Assembly: GCA_054600435.1 (NCBI GenBank)
Contig: BAAIJX010000039.1
Span: 62,001 to 126,000 of the forward strand
DNA: 64,000 nucleotides
DNA from: Neophaeotheca triangularis
Lineage: Eukaryota
Direction of reading: 5' to 3'
Made by a program: the position numbers and the translations under genes. Positions 38,749 through 50,895 of the stretch are shown here, piece after piece; within the stretch, counting starts at the first letter, position 1, and each line of letters starts with the position of its first letter. The notes under the pieces are model-generated. The model was not told the origin of the DNA, searched no databases, and saw only the letters and a program-made list of their open reading frames with translations.

Positions 38749-39612
38749 CTAAACCTTCCTAGCCACAACCCTCAACCTCACATACCCCAGCCACATACTC
38801 CCATCCTCCTCCCTCCTCACCACCGACTCCAAAACCCCACAAACCCACCCCACAACCCTCTCCCTCAACTCCTCACCCTCCAGAACTGCCAAAAATTCCG
38901 CCCCCATCAACCGCACCCAGCCCTCCAACCCGCCCTCCCCGTCCTCCCCCCTATGCATCAATTTCGTAGGCCTATACTCCGTCTCAGCCACCTCAATCTC
39001 AAAACCCAGCTCGCCGAGCACTTTCCGCATCCACGGCTCGCTGGGGAAAAACCACGGACTGGCTTCCCTAGCTCGCGCGAGCGGGACACCATGCGCCACG
39101 AGCCCGGCGATCAGGGCGCTGTGGGTTTCGGCCACGTTGCCCGCGCCGCCCATTTCGAAGACCAGGCGGCCCTGGGGTCTGAGCAGCGAGTGGAAAGTCT
39201 GCAGAGTTTGGTGGCGGGTGGCTGGGTTGCGGAGGATCCAGTGCAGAGCTGCGTTGGAGAAGAGTTTGTCCCATTGGCCCTGGGTGGCCATTAGTGTAGG
39301 GTTCGTGGATAGGGTCGTGCAGTCTTGGAGTTCGTAAGTGCAGGTTTTTGAGTTTGGGGTGTGGGTTGTTTGGGCCGTGTGGATGAAGGCTGGGGAGTTG
39401 TCGAGGCCGTGGATGTGGCCTGAGAGGAGGTGGTTGGCGATGCGGGCTGTGAGTTGCCCGTCGCCGCTGCCGATGTCGAGGATGTGGTCGGTGGGTTGCG
39501 GGGCGAGGAGCTGGAGGACTTTGGTTGTGAGTTGCGGGACGAAGGCTGCTGAGGCGTTGTAGGCTTCTGTTGACCAGTTGTCTTGTCTTGCTTTGGGGTT
39601 GTTGGAGGACAT
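38749..39612 (-). CDS. Class I SAM-dependent methyltransferase (Tam-like)
   Basis: ILDIGSGDG motif I, GLDNSPAFI, DKLFSNAALHW, YVRLRVVARK. Confidence 0.9.
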   Translation of the reverse strand: MSSNNPKARQDNWSTEAYNASAAFVPQLTTKVLQLLAPQPTDHILDIGSGDGQLTARIANHLLSGHIHGLDNSPAFIHTAQTTHTPNSKTCTYELQDCTTLSTNPTLMATQGQWDKLFSNAALHWILRNPATRHQTLQTFHSLLRPQGRLVFEMGGAGNVAETHSALIAGLVAHGVPLARAREASPWFFPSEPWMRKVLGELGFEIEVAETEYRPTKLMHRGEDGEGGLEGWVRLMGAEFLAVLEGEELRERVVGWVCGVLESVVRREEDGSMWLGYVRLRVVARKV

Positions 39613-39795
39613 GGTTGGCCTGTGGTCTTTTCGCTTGTTCGCATGCAAGAGTGTTCAAGTGCTCTGACCTTGCTTGTCGAATGTGATAGTTTGACTGGTT
39701 CGTGTTGTCGAGTATGCTGCTCATGTACACATATGGAGCGGGCATTCGCCGAAATCGGAGGTTGATCTGGCTCGGTCACGTGCTTGAAGTAACTG

Positions 39796-41392
39796 TCACT
39801 CTCTGCCGCCAGCAATCTTTCGTCGGCGCATTAGCTCTGACAAAGGCAAGTCATCTTCGTCGTAGAACTCAGCTTCTTCGTCCACGCCAAAGTCCGCGAG
39901 CCTTTCGCCTTCCTTGTTGCGCCAAGCCTCCTCCCCTTCATCCCTTCCGGCTTTAGCGTTCGGCGAATCTACCAGCTCCGGATCGCTGTCGTAAACATCA
40001 TCCTCTGTATCTTCTGCGTAGTCCTTGTACTTCTGAATCCCACTGCCGTTTGGTGGAGGTGCATCTGCATACCGCTCGTGGAAAGGGCGTCTACGTACGA
40101 TCAGCTCGCCATCAACATACCGTGCTAGGTCCGCTTCTTGACGCCGACGAAAATCCTCAATGTTGACAGCTGCTGTGGGGTCTTCGTTTGGTTGAGGTAT
40201 GCGAGGAGAATGGAAGGATCGATCGGGATCAGGCGGAGGCCAGGGTTTGTTTGCATCTAAGGATTGCATTAGATCAATGGTAGAACAGTAGAAAGAATTG
40301 CAATGAGCCGTACCTTCGATACCATTATGCTCGAAAGCGAGCCCACTTTCGAGGCCTGGACTTCTGGCGAAAGGCCACGGCCAGGCTAATGGGTTGCTGG
40401 TGCCCATGCTTTGGCATACGTTAGCCCAGATGCCAATATCCCATGGAAATTCCTGTCGCTCCAGTCTGATCTTTTTGCCTTCGGGACTGGTCAAGTATCC
40501 TCCAAGCGTTCGAGCCCGGCGAAGCAACGTCTCGTGCCGCTCAATTTCCCAGCCTTCGATGGTGAAGGTGTTCAAAGACATTGACCAGATGGTGCGCCCG
40601 AGTAGTAAGACCAGCGCGAAGAGTACTAATGAATTCACGACTACTAGTACGAAGAGATGGGCCAGCTGCCATATGTTTGGCCCAAGATACTGCGGCTTGT
40701 GAGTTTGTTGTCGTCTCAGGGGGTGGAAAGAATTGAACGTACACTCGGCATATATCGCTTCTCCCAGAGCACCGCAGCTCGTATGGACAAGAAATATTCA
40801 AGGTATGCCATGGAGACAACTGCGTAGAACAAGAAGCGTACGAAATGCGGTAAGACAGAGTGAGAGACGCAGTTTCCTGCGAACTATGTTACCTACCGTA
40901 CGAATTTCAAATGATTGGCAAAGACCTACCTGTCCAGACGCAGTGGTGGTCCATCTTCATGATGCATCTGAGTTGAGGAACATCAGTCATTTTCTCATCC
41001 CTGATTTCGCGGCCGTGAGTGGGATTGAGTACTTACTGCCCACACGTCTTGCAGTGGTGAGCTCGCGGAGGCTTACGAGCTTCGCACTTGCGGCACCATC
41101 GCTGTCTTTGAGCAACTAGATCCGGAGAAGCATGATTGCTCTCAGCATGCCCAGCACTCTCGCCACTGGTGCTCAGCAGATTCTCCCAGTCTCGGGGTAT
41201 CTTGCCCGGAGGCGTGAAGCAGGCTCGCGTATAGCATATGAAGATGCAAGCCACCAGTGCATTGAAGACGTATGCATCGCTTTTCGGTAAAGGACGAGGC
41301 TCGATGTATGCGAAGAGTACTTGAGATGAGTAGGCCAGGAAGGCGATGAGGGAGAGCACTGCTGGGTAGGCGAGGCGTTGGAGGAGATGCAT
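39796..41392 (-). CDS. PFA4: DHHC palmitoyltransferase Pfa4; four introns
   Basis: [76 protein letters not shown]. Confidence 0.93.
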
Positions 41393-42209
41393 TTTTGCAG
41401 CGTATAGTTAGTCATTAATGATTTAGCTGGACAGCATATTGATGAGAGTTATGCTGTCTTGTTGGGGTGCAGATGTGCAGCAGGTAGGTAGTGACTTATG
41501 TTGTTAGTGATTGAAAGTCAATGGAGACCTTAATAAGGTAGATACTACTGTACCGAGTGTACCTCGTATAGGTGCAGGCGATTGGAGATGGAAGATGGCG
41601 TTGCTTGCCGAATGGTCCAGACAGAGCGACCTCGACGATCAACGGGCGTGTCCCGACCTCGCCTCCCACCACCTTCTAGGTAAGCGAGGTAAGGTACTAG
41701 TAATAGTAGGAGGTACTCAATACAGTAATAAACCACGTCGTCGACCACACACACAAACAGCAAAGACAACGTCCAAGGCCTAGGCGTAAAGTACTATTTT
41801 GTGAATTGTTATTGATAACATATTATACCGTAGATCTATGCCGATTTTGTTATTTTGTCCTCTGCTCGTTGCTCGTTGGCGGCTCCTCTCGGCTCTCTAC
41901 GCCGTGCTGCTGCTGCTTTCTCCTCTATTATTATTATTACTAGCTTCAACTCTGTTCACTTTCGTCTGGACTCTAGACATGGACTGGATGGCTACTAGTA
42001 TACGTCAAGTTAAGCCTGAGGCTGCCCCGACTACTACCGTATGTACTTCGTTACTTACCTTACTACTCACGCGCCCCTACACATCAACAGCAACACTTCA
42101 TCTCCAGGACTCAGAAAGCCCGAGAGCGACCGTATGACGAATCTTTCAATTGTACAGTAATCCCGGACCCATTCCGAACTTTCCACCCGCGAGCGGAGAC
42201 CTCAGTTGG

Positions 42210-42234
42210 CACACACACACACACACACACACAC
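42210..42234. repeat. (CA)n microsatellite upstream of the histidine kinase
   Basis: Directly visible. Confidence 0.9.
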
Positions 42235-42444
42235 GCACTACTGGCCTGGCGGTCTGGACCACAGCCGCAGACCGTCCTCCAAACACTCCCCAGCGGACCA
42301 GCGCGACAAAACATTCCACTCGCAGGGCGCGCGCGCAGTACATGAACACTGCTTGCTCCTCATCGCACCGCATGCCATCTGAGGCAGGCCAGGCGTAAAG
42401 AGGGGGCTAAGGCGCTGTGGGGCTGACTAACGACATCCCAAATC

Positions 42445-45400
42445 ATGTCCCGACCGAGAGTGTCATTCGAGGCACCGGGCGATGGCATACACTACAACGC
42501 AAGCCTCGACGGCACTCATCCCGGCTCTTCGGACAGTTACTTTGATGGAGAGGGGGGCGGTGACGAGGATGTATCGTCCACAACATCTGCCAGGCGTCGA
42601 GCCGACCTATCGATACACATACCACCACATCAGTTGCAGGGGACATCCGACATGGCATTTACAGCGCTTCAGTATCTACCCATGCCAGTGCTCGTCCTCT
42701 CGAGCCAGAAATCTATAGTGCTCGCGAACGAGGCAATGGGCAGGCTGGTTGGCATCGACCTGACTGCTGAACAACAAGGCGCAGACAAGAATGTAGCGGA
42801 ACTGAGCACGAAAGAAAGCGTTGAACATCAGACCCCTACGGAAATATTGCAGGGGGCTACATTAGGGGAGCTCGGGATCGATCTCCTGCAGAACGGCAAC
42901 GCCGTATTCGTCGCCTGGGAGACATTCTTGGAGACGGTTGTTGATGATGCCTCCCGGGCACAGAGCACCAAGACGCAGCTCAATACGTTCCACGGAAGAG
43001 ATCTGGACAGAGACTGTACACCAACGGGAGGGATCAGGGATAGTCGGTCGACTTCTCTGGGATCATCGTCCCGTCTCAGCTCATCCAGTGGAACGCGCAC
43101 AGAAGTACACGATGCCGTTGTGGACGTAATCTTCTCCACGCAGCGTGATCCTGCCACGGGGCTTCCTCTGCATTCGACACCTTCGAAAACAAGCATGCCC
43201 GAACACATAGCCGCCCAAATGATAATCTCTGTGTGGGCTACGGAAAGCGAGCAGTATTACACTCTGACTTTTACTGCCCCAACGGGCTCACCTAGTTCCA
43301 CGTCGTCTGAAAGCGCCAGTATCAAGACAACGAGCCGGACGGTGTCGCGGACCCAAACCAGCTACACCAACTCCCTCGGCTCCGGGCTTAGCTCGAATTC
43401 CAGCTCGAATTCGACACCAGCAAGCAAGAGAGCCCGCAAGAATGTCTCTGGGTCGAATTCTGCAGTTACCAGCCCAGGCGTGAGACCGCACATGAACGCT
43501 TTAACTGGAGGTGTACCAGGTAGACAAGCCGCCGTCGCGGCCCCAACCATGTTCGCAAAATCAAACAAACTCAAGGATGCCATCCTGAATTCCATGAGCT
43601 TTCCCGCTTATGCCATGTGGAAAGATCAAAGCTTTGGTATACCCAACAAAGCTGCAATCAAGCTCATCTACCCCTGGATTGAAGACGGCGTATACGATAC
43701 CAACGATGCCCGAGATTTCCTCTCAAACTACGTGCTGTACAACGAGGATTTTACTGCCGAGATACCCTTCGAGGACTTTCCTATATTGTACCTCATGAGA
43801 GAGCAGAAACGATTCGAAGGCCGACGCGTAGGCATGTATTCCGCCAAAGACGACAGCAGATTGCTGTTCGACGTCAACGGCGAACCGATACTCGACGACA
43901 AAGGAGAGTTCTTGGGCGGTCTGGTCATATTTCAGGATGTGACGGATTTTGCAAATACCATTACCGATCAGCGCAGGGAGAACGAAAAGCAGTTCGAGGA
44001 TATTACGAACATGATCCCGCAGATGATTTGGAGGACAAACGCCAAGGGCGAGCATGACTACTACTCGGAGCGTTGGTACAGCTACACCGGGCTATCTGTG
44101 GAGGAAAGTATGGGCGAAGGGTGGCTCAATGCGTTTCACCCGGACGACCTTGCTATTGCCGGCCCAATTTGGGAACACTGTTTGACGACCGGTGAGGAGT
44201 ACCTGGTCGAATACCGCTGCAAATCTGCCGCTGGGGATTGGCGCTGGATGATGGGTCGAGCCGTGCCTATGAGAGGCAAGCACGGCGAGATCGTCCAATG
44301 GTTCGGAACTTGCACTGACATTCACGATCTTGTTCTGACTCGAGAAGAGGCCAAGCAGACGCACTCGCGGCTGGAGCGCGTGATAGCGCATGCACATATT
44401 ACGCTCTGGGCTGTGGATAAGCAGTCTCATCTCACACTGTTCGAAGGCGCCCCAATGTATAACCCAGACAATGATGAAGTCTCGAAGCAGAAGTTGCACT
44501 TCCTCGGCATGCCTCTTGAAGACATTCTGCGAGAGCAAGAGAGGATGGGGGAGTGGCCGGCTTTCAATAATGCTATTGAAGGCATACTCGCGGGCCGCTT
44601 GAAGGATGTCGACTTGACTAGCCTTATTGAGGGCAGTGGCCGCTGGTTCCGCACTGGGCTCTTCCCACTGATGAGGCACGAGCGAGCTGGCGGTCGCGAG
44701 GGAGATAGCTTCATCGACGGCGTCGTTGGAGTGAGTATGGATGTCACTGACATGCGACGTCAAGAGGAGGAACTGCATGCAAGGGACCTCGACAACAGCA
44801 GACTCATGGCGCAGAGCACCGCTGCGAAGGAAGCAAGTAAGATGAAGAGTCAGTTTCTGGCGAACATGTCACACGAGATCAGGACTCCAATCGCAGGTGT
44901 TATTGGCATGTCTGAGCTGCTGCTGGATGACGATACGGGCACCCTTTCCCCCGAGGCCCGAGAGTGCGCCGAGAACATACAACGCTCTGCGAACGGGTTA
45001 TTGACCGTCATCAATGACATCCTTGACTTTTCTAAAGTGGAGAGCGGCAGGCTGGATATCGAAGAGGTGCAGTTCGACTTGTCGGTCGTTATTCGCGATG
45101 TCAACAAGATGCTCGGCTTTGCTGCTGAGCGCAAAGGCTTGAACTTTGTCGACGACATCGAGGAGCTGCGATCATGGAAGGTCATGGGCGACCCGGGCCG
45201 TTTGCGACAAGTCTTGACCAACCTTCTCACGAACAGTATCAAATTCACCACCGAGGGCAGCGTCACTGTAAGCGTGAAGGCTCGAAAGGAGACTGATGAC
45301 ATGGTCGAGGTGCACTTTACTGTGCAAGACACTGGCATAGGCATCGAAGAAGAGGTCCGGCGCAAGCTCTTCAAACCTTTCTCTCAGGCAGACAGCTCCA

Positions 45401-46758
45401 CTGCCAGACGCTTTGGCGGTACAGGTCTGGGCTTGACAATTAGCAAGAACCTGGTCGAGCTCATGCATGGTAGCATCACGCTCGAATCCAAGCTCGGCCA
45501 CGGTACGAAGGCTACCTTCTGGGTGCCGTTTCCCAAAGCACCATATCAGAGCGACGAGACCGCGGTGAAGCTCGGAACCATTCCAGACCGACTGCAATCG
45601 GATATGTCCATCTCTCGGGCCAATTCCGACCACAGTGGTCCTGTGACAACTCCCGTAGGTGGAAACCGAAACGGACAGACTCCTCGCGAGCACTCAAACC
45701 ATGGCTCGATTAGTGGTCTTAGCGTTTGGCAGGAGGAACCTTTGCTGGAGCTTTCCGAAAGCGAGCGCAGGCGCACCAACGTCTTGGTCGTCGAGGACAA
45801 CCCTATCAACCAGCAGATTGCGCTGAAGACAATCAAGAAGCTTGGCTTCCCTGTCAACGCCGTCTGGAACGGGCAAGAGGCACTTGATTACTTACAGAAC
45901 CCATCGCCAGATCGACCACAACCCGACATCATTTTAATGGACGTGCAAATGCCGATTCTGGACGGCTATAAAGCCACGCACATCATCCGTACCGCCAGCG
46001 CTTTTGCCAGAATGCCCGAGGTCCGCGTCACGCCGATTGTTGCAATGACAGCTTCTGCTATCCAGGGCGACCGTGAAAAGTGCCAAAGATCAGGCATGTC
46101 GGACTACCTTGCCAAGCCGGTCAAGAAGGGAAATTTGGAGAGAATGCTGGTCAAATGGGCCATCGAGGGCAAGCGAAAGCGTGAGGAACTCTCACCTGCA
46201 TTCAGCGGCAAGAACCAACCGCCCGCCCGACCGGCTCAAGGCCGCGCCCCTTCCTCCTTCCTTTCGTCAAGCTCAGACCATCTCGAGCCGCCGCAAGATC
46301 ATCTCGAATCCGAGCTCGACCGCCTCGAACTCTCTGAACGCGCGGCCCTCAGCCGCGCCTCCGAGACCGTCGACATGCGCGCCAGCCGCCAACAAGCCAG
46401 TGAAGAAAAGGCCATGAGCCTGCGCGACGACTTACTCATGGAGGCCGGCGAGGACCCGAAGAACAAAATGGGCAGGGGCGATCATTCGGTCGACAAGCAC
46501 TCTACCACCACCGATCACTTGACTACTGAAAACATGCAGAAGATGTCCAAGACCGAGAACCCCATTGCTAGACTCAGAAAGGAGGAGAGTGGGGAGACGA
46601 TCTTCGCATCGGATGACGATAGCACCGCGGCGACGGCTGGGGACGATAACAATAGCGTGGCTCGCACACGGTCTGCGTTGCCGAGCCCTGCGCTGCCGAG
46701 TCCGAGTCTTCCAACTCGTGGACATGGGCCTCGCCCAAGTGGGCGTCCGAGAGGCTGA
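42445..46758 (+). CDS. Cytoplasmic hybrid histidine kinase, PAS/PAC-HisKA-HATPase-REC (probably fungal group V)
   Basis: PAS (W..AFHPDD...WRWMMGRA), H-box FLANMSHEIRTP, N-box NLLTNSIKFT, G-boxes DTGIG/GGTGLGL, receiver ILMDVQMP; no TM seen. Confidence 0.95.
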   Translation: MSRPRVSFEAPGDGIHYNASLDGTHPGSSDSYFDGEGGGDEDVSSTTSARRRADLSIHIPPHQLQGTSDMAFTALQYLPMPVLVLSSQKSIVLANEAMGRLVGIDLTAEQQGADKNVAELSTKESVEHQTPTEILQGATLGELGIDLLQNGNAVFVAWETFLETVVDDASRAQSTKTQLNTFHGRDLDRDCTPTGGIRDSRSTSLGSSSRLSSSSGTRTEVHDAVVDVIFSTQRDPATGLPLHSTPSKTSMPEHIAAQMIISVWATESEQYYTLTFTAPTGSPSSTSSESASIKTTSRTVSRTQTSYTNSLGSGLSSNSSSNSTPASKRARKNVSGSNSAVTSPGVRPHMNALTGGVPGRQAAVAAPTMFAKSNKLKDAILNSMSFPAYAMWKDQSFGIPNKAAIKLIYPWIEDGVYDTNDARDFLSNYVLYNEDFTAEIPFEDFPILYLMREQKRFEGRRVGMYSAKDDSRLLFDVNGEPILDDKGEFLGGLVIFQDVTDFANTITDQRRENEKQFEDITNMIPQMIWRTNAKGEHDYYSERWYSYTGLSVEESMGEGWLNAFHPDDLAIAGPIWEHCLTTGEEYLVEYRCKSAAGDWRWMMGRAVPMRGKHGEIVQWFGTCTDIHDLVLTREEAKQTHSRLERVIAHAHITLWAVDKQSHLTLFEGAPMYNPDNDEVSKQKLHFLGMPLEDILREQERMGEWPAFNNAIEGILAGRLKDVDLTSLIEGSGRWFRTGLFPLMRHERAGGREGDSFIDGVVGVSMDVTDMRRQEEELHARDLDNSRLMAQSTAAKEASKMKSQFLANMSHEIRTPIAGVIGMSELLLDDDTGTLSPEARECAENIQRSANGLLTVINDILDFSKVESGRLDIEEVQFDLSVVIRDVNKMLGFAAERKGLNFVDDIEELRSWKVMGDPGRLRQVLTNLLTNSIKFTTEGSVTVSVKARKETDDMVEVHFTVQDTGIGIEEEVRRKLFKPFSQADSSTARRFGGTGLGLTISKNLVELMHGSITLESKLGHGTKATFWVPFPKAPYQSDETAVKLGTIPDRLQSDMSISRANSDHSGPVTTPVGGNRNGQTPREHSNHGSISGLSVWQEEPLLELSESERRRTNVLVVEDNPINQQIALKTIKKLGFPVNAVWNGQEALDYLQNPSPDRPQPDIILMDVQMPILDGYKATHIIRTASAFARMPEVRVTPIVAMTASAIQGDREKCQRSGMSDYLAKPVKKGNLERMLVKWAIEGKRKREELSPAFSGKNQPPARPAQGRAPSSFLSSSSDHLEPPQDHLESELDRLELSERAALSRASETVDMRASRQQASEEKAMSLRDDLLMEAGEDPKNKMGRGDHSVDKHSTTTDHLTTENMQKMSKTENPIARLRKEESGETIFASDDDSTAATAGDDNNSVARTRSALPSPALPSPSLPTRGHGPRPSGRPRG

Positions 46759-47251
46759 AGGTGATGTTCTCAAGTGCTGCTTGCTAGATTTGCGCGCTCT
46801 CTTGCCAGATTCGATATGCCCAACAGCTTGAAAGTTGTGGCAACGGGGGTTACCCGCCGCTCGCTTAGCTGGGAAGTAGATGCTCTGGGAGACAAGTATT
46901 TCTCCGCGAACGATTCCATCGTTCGATCAACGCATTTACGAGCATTCGCCCACTCTTTTCTGGGCACGAGAGCGGGGTCTCAATATGTTGTAATTGGCGG
47001 TTCTTGCCTACTGAGTTTTTATTGCGATGTTTCACATCTCTTTAAAAGGACTCTTACAACAGCATTGCATGACTGGGAAGAAGACTTTTCACAGCAAGGA
47101 CGGCAATGATTTTGTCGGGAATGCAGATCAGAGAGATTGAAAGCCGAGCGTGTGGTATGCGGGATGGAAATGCATGCAAGGGAGGCTTTTCAGACCGAAA
47201 ACTTCCAACGTCGCGACTACATCAACGTCGCGCTGCCATGTCTCGACAACA

Positions 47252-48617
47252 ATGTATGTCCGGCGCTTAACAGAAGCCTCACCGGCGACCCAACTGATTG
47301 TTCTGATCGCAACATTGCTGCCGATATACTACATATCCTACCAATATCGCCTCATCCACCCGTTCGGTCCACCGCCCGTGGCCTCCTCGCACCCAATCTC
47401 GACAGCAGAATTCATCCGCGAATGGCTCGATGTTCATATTGGTGACCCTTACAACCCTTCGCCGCTGAGAACATATTGCAACCAAACGGAATGGCACCCG
47501 AATCTTGTTTTCAACCTGGACGACGCAAACGGCGGGATCGGCAACGTCCGTGGCAACATTCTCGATTTCCTCTTCTTCGCCATTGAAGCAGGCGCCAGCG
47601 TCATGCTCCCAAACGTGGCAGCCCGCAGCGACGAAGACATCTCCAACGTCTGGGGAAGCGGTGGAAAACTCCCCCTTTCCACCTACTTCGACGAAGAATG
47701 GCTGCTTACCACCATGCTCGACGCCTGCCCGCAAATGGCAATCTACCCGCACGAGCCCGGACAACAAATGGCCGAAGCCCTCCCAGGCCGCTACAAACCC
47801 CATTCCCGCCGCATGGACGTCGACCAAGGCAACACGCGCAAGGCCTACCTCGAGCACCTCGACGCCTGGCTCAAAGCCACCCCCCAACTTCGAGCCCACC
47901 AACCTCACTCTCGTGAACGTCGAGCGCACCCTTTGGGAAATCGACACCCGCTCTTTACCCCCAGGCCTCCGCCGCAACTTTGGCCAAATACTCCGCATCA
48001 AGCCCGAAATCCGTCGCCTCGCGGCCGTCGCCATCCACGCGCTTTCCTCCAGCCACAACCTAGCCATCGACCCCATCGACCCAATCCCCCGAAAAGCCTT
48101 CTATGGCGCCCATCTCCGCGCAGAAAACGATGCCGCCGCCGCGGGTTGGCTCGCCAATCCCGACGCTAACTTCACCGCGCAAACAACCTCCTATCTCTCC
48201 CAAGCCACCTCACACGGGCTCCGAACCCTTTACATCGCCAGCGGCAACACGACTCAAATCTCCGAATTCGTCACGCTCGCGTCCACCAACTCCCCGCCCC
48301 TTAACCTCACGACCAAACACTCCCTCCTTCCCCCATCTGACCTCGCGATTTTGGAAACCCTAACCTGGGACCAGCAGGCCCTTGTCGATTACGAAGTGCT
48401 ACTGAGGTGCTCGCTCTTCGGCGGCATCGTGAAGAGCTCTTTCGCTTATAATTTGGCCATGACGAGGGGCTTGTGGGTTGAGGACGCCGGCTGGGTTGTT
48501 GAGCCTTTTGCCGTCGGCGAGAGGGAGGTCGGCGTTGCTTTTGATGATGGCGTTAGTCGGGTGCTGGGCAGGGATGAGTGGCACGAGATGAGAATTCCTA
48601 GGGGTATGTGGCCTTAA
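47252..48617 (+). CDS. O-fucosyltransferase-like type II membrane glycosyltransferase, interrupted by a 1-nt frameshift at about 47880-47885 (assembly error or pseudogene)
   Basis: First frame gives TM + GGIGNVRGNILD..FAIEAGA; second frame gives FYGAHLRAENDA, LYIASGN, TWDQQALVDYEVL, SSFAYNLA; frames switch at a C6 run. Confidence 0.8.
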
Positions 48618-49145
48618 TTGGTGTGCGAGGATGGGTGGCATGGGGTTTGAGAGTTTTGTGGGCTGGTGCCGGGCGAGTTGCGTTGGGGGAAGTAGAGATT
48701 GTTGGTCTACCGCGACACAAGATGCCGTGGGGGGAGAAGGGGAATGTTGAAGCGTAGGGGTAGTGTGTGGTTCTTGCTGAGCTGCTCGATGCAGTGCCGC
48801 TAGGCAGCCATGCCGTCCCAATCAAAGCCGAACACACGCACGAGGCTAGTAGCAACAAGATCCCTCAGGACTTCTTTCTTCAAGCCCGGTATCTAAAGGC
48901 TTGACGTAACGTGACCGTACTCCAACCACCCAATGCTTGTTCATAGAAAATGGAGTCACGATGCTTGAATGTTGTTTCAATTCGCAGAGCCTCGCTCATC
49001 TATCAAGTGCCCTCGCTTGCCGTGCCCTATAGAAAACTACAGCAAGCCCATCTTCCCAGCCAGCCAACCGTAACGCCATGCTATGCGTACTTTTTGCGGT
49101 GCCTATTGCCCGCGACGCCTGATCAAATCGTCTCATCAGCCCGCC

Positions 49146-50352
49146 TCACACCTGCTCACCGGGCATCAAGTTTCCCCTGACACCAAACATCTTTCCGCTG
49201 ACCACGGCACTGTACCCGTCGACCTGCCTGGCATACTGCTCGACCTGCCTGGCCACCAGAAGCGACTCCAACCTGCTAGGCTCGTTGGGCAGCTTGAATA
49301 GCTTCTGCCACTCCGTCTCGTCCAGCAGCGGCTGCTTGCTCGCCGTCCTCGCCGAGTTCTCGGCTTTGCGCTTCTGCTGCCACTGCTGAATTTTCGCTTG
49401 CTCACGCGCGAGAGAGCGCTGGTAGTATTGGGCATTATTCTGCTCGGTCTGGTGGGCTTCGATCGAGTCGAGGAGGAGGTCGCACGTCTTCTCGAGGAAC
49501 GGGTCGATGCTGAGGTCGAGGCTGTCGAGATTGGGGGCTAGGGGGTTGGTGTTGACGGTAGGGTCGTTGGAGAGTTCGGCGAGCGAGGCGGGGAAGTCAA
49601 CAGCTTTGGATTTGGGGGGTTCTTGCGGGAGGTCGTGGAGGAAGCTGGTCAGGAGGTGGGAGTTGTGAATTTGAATGGGAAGCTCGACGAGGATGTCTTG
49701 GTATCTGAGGTTCGTCTTTTGAATGCTACGGTTATCGTTAGCGAGTGCAAAGTAGTAGTGACCTTCCTGTAGTTTCTCCATACCTCTCGGTCGTGAATTT
49801 GCCCTCCTTGTACGCAGCAGAGAAGCTCGGGCTCAAGCGGTAGGCCTTCAGTCCGAGGCTTCCTTGGCTGCTCCTGCTGGCGTCGAAGACCAGCGCGACA
49901 GCCTTCTCATCCGATGCCTTTTGGTAGAAGGCCTGGTTCTCGACAAAGTTGTGGCTGACAAACTGGCCCATGGAGCAACTGACATACCACCCGGTAACCT
50001 GCGCATCTACATTCACATCCCGAAGCAGCTTGATCATTTCATTCTGGTAGGCAATGTTGCTCTTCGCTCTCGGTGCAGCCTCGGCTTGGTTCTTGGCCTC
50101 GTTCTCACGGTTGTGTTGGTGGTAGCTGTCGGTTTGTGTCGTGGGTGCGTCCGGTACTGAGGCTGGGAAAGGGAAGGTGTTGGTGATCTCTAACCGTTGT
50201 CCGGCGTCCATACCGACCAAACAGCCAGTCGCAGGGGTTGGGAAGAGGGCTGTCGCGTGCTTGATGATGCGCATCACCACCAGCGCTTCCACTTGCACTT
50301 CGCGGAGGAGGCTTGCCGGCCCAGTACCAGCAGTGTTGACTTCGGTCGCCAT
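49146..50352 (-). CDS. eIF3h: Translation initiation factor 3 subunit H; intron 49726-49783
   Basis: MPN domain [53 protein letters not shown]. Confidence 0.95.
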
Positions 50353-50895
50353 GATGGAGTTGTTTTTGATGTTCCTGTTTAATCGTGAGTCGTTGAAGGG
50401 GAACAGGAGCAGTATCGTCGGCGGAGGGCGGAGCGGAGGAAAGCGGTGGGATCTATTGGCCTCGAAGACGTGAAGTTGGAGTTGCCTGCCAAAATTCGTG
50501 CATATGCGTGGGGACACCGGACGTACCCGTTGAGCCTCAAAACCACTGAATTACCCCTCGCCGATAAGCTGATAACACTTCCTTACCGGGCCTGACCTCT
50601 TTCGTCAGCACTCACGTCTACCCAATGAGATTGACTAGCTAACATTATTATTACATGTCCGGTCCCGGTTAGGATCTGAGCCTCCAAGATGGCTTGAAAC
50701 ATGTCGAAAGACGCCGTGGTGCTGTGGGGAGCCACGGAGCTCGTCCATCTACCCACTCTTGCGTACTCGGATAAATCAGGTCGCGCGCCTGCGGGGCTGA
50801 GGTTGACATCACCAACTCGAGCAGTCCCTCAAAGTAGGTAGTAGGTGAGGCTTCCTTCTCATTCCATACCCTTTTGTATCATCAATAATCCGTCA

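Noticed and set aside
42372..42460. Alternative first exon for the histidine kinase (ATG 42372, GTAAAG donor)
   Set aside because: Needs a GAG acceptor far from the branch point; the unspliced ATG at 42445 suffices
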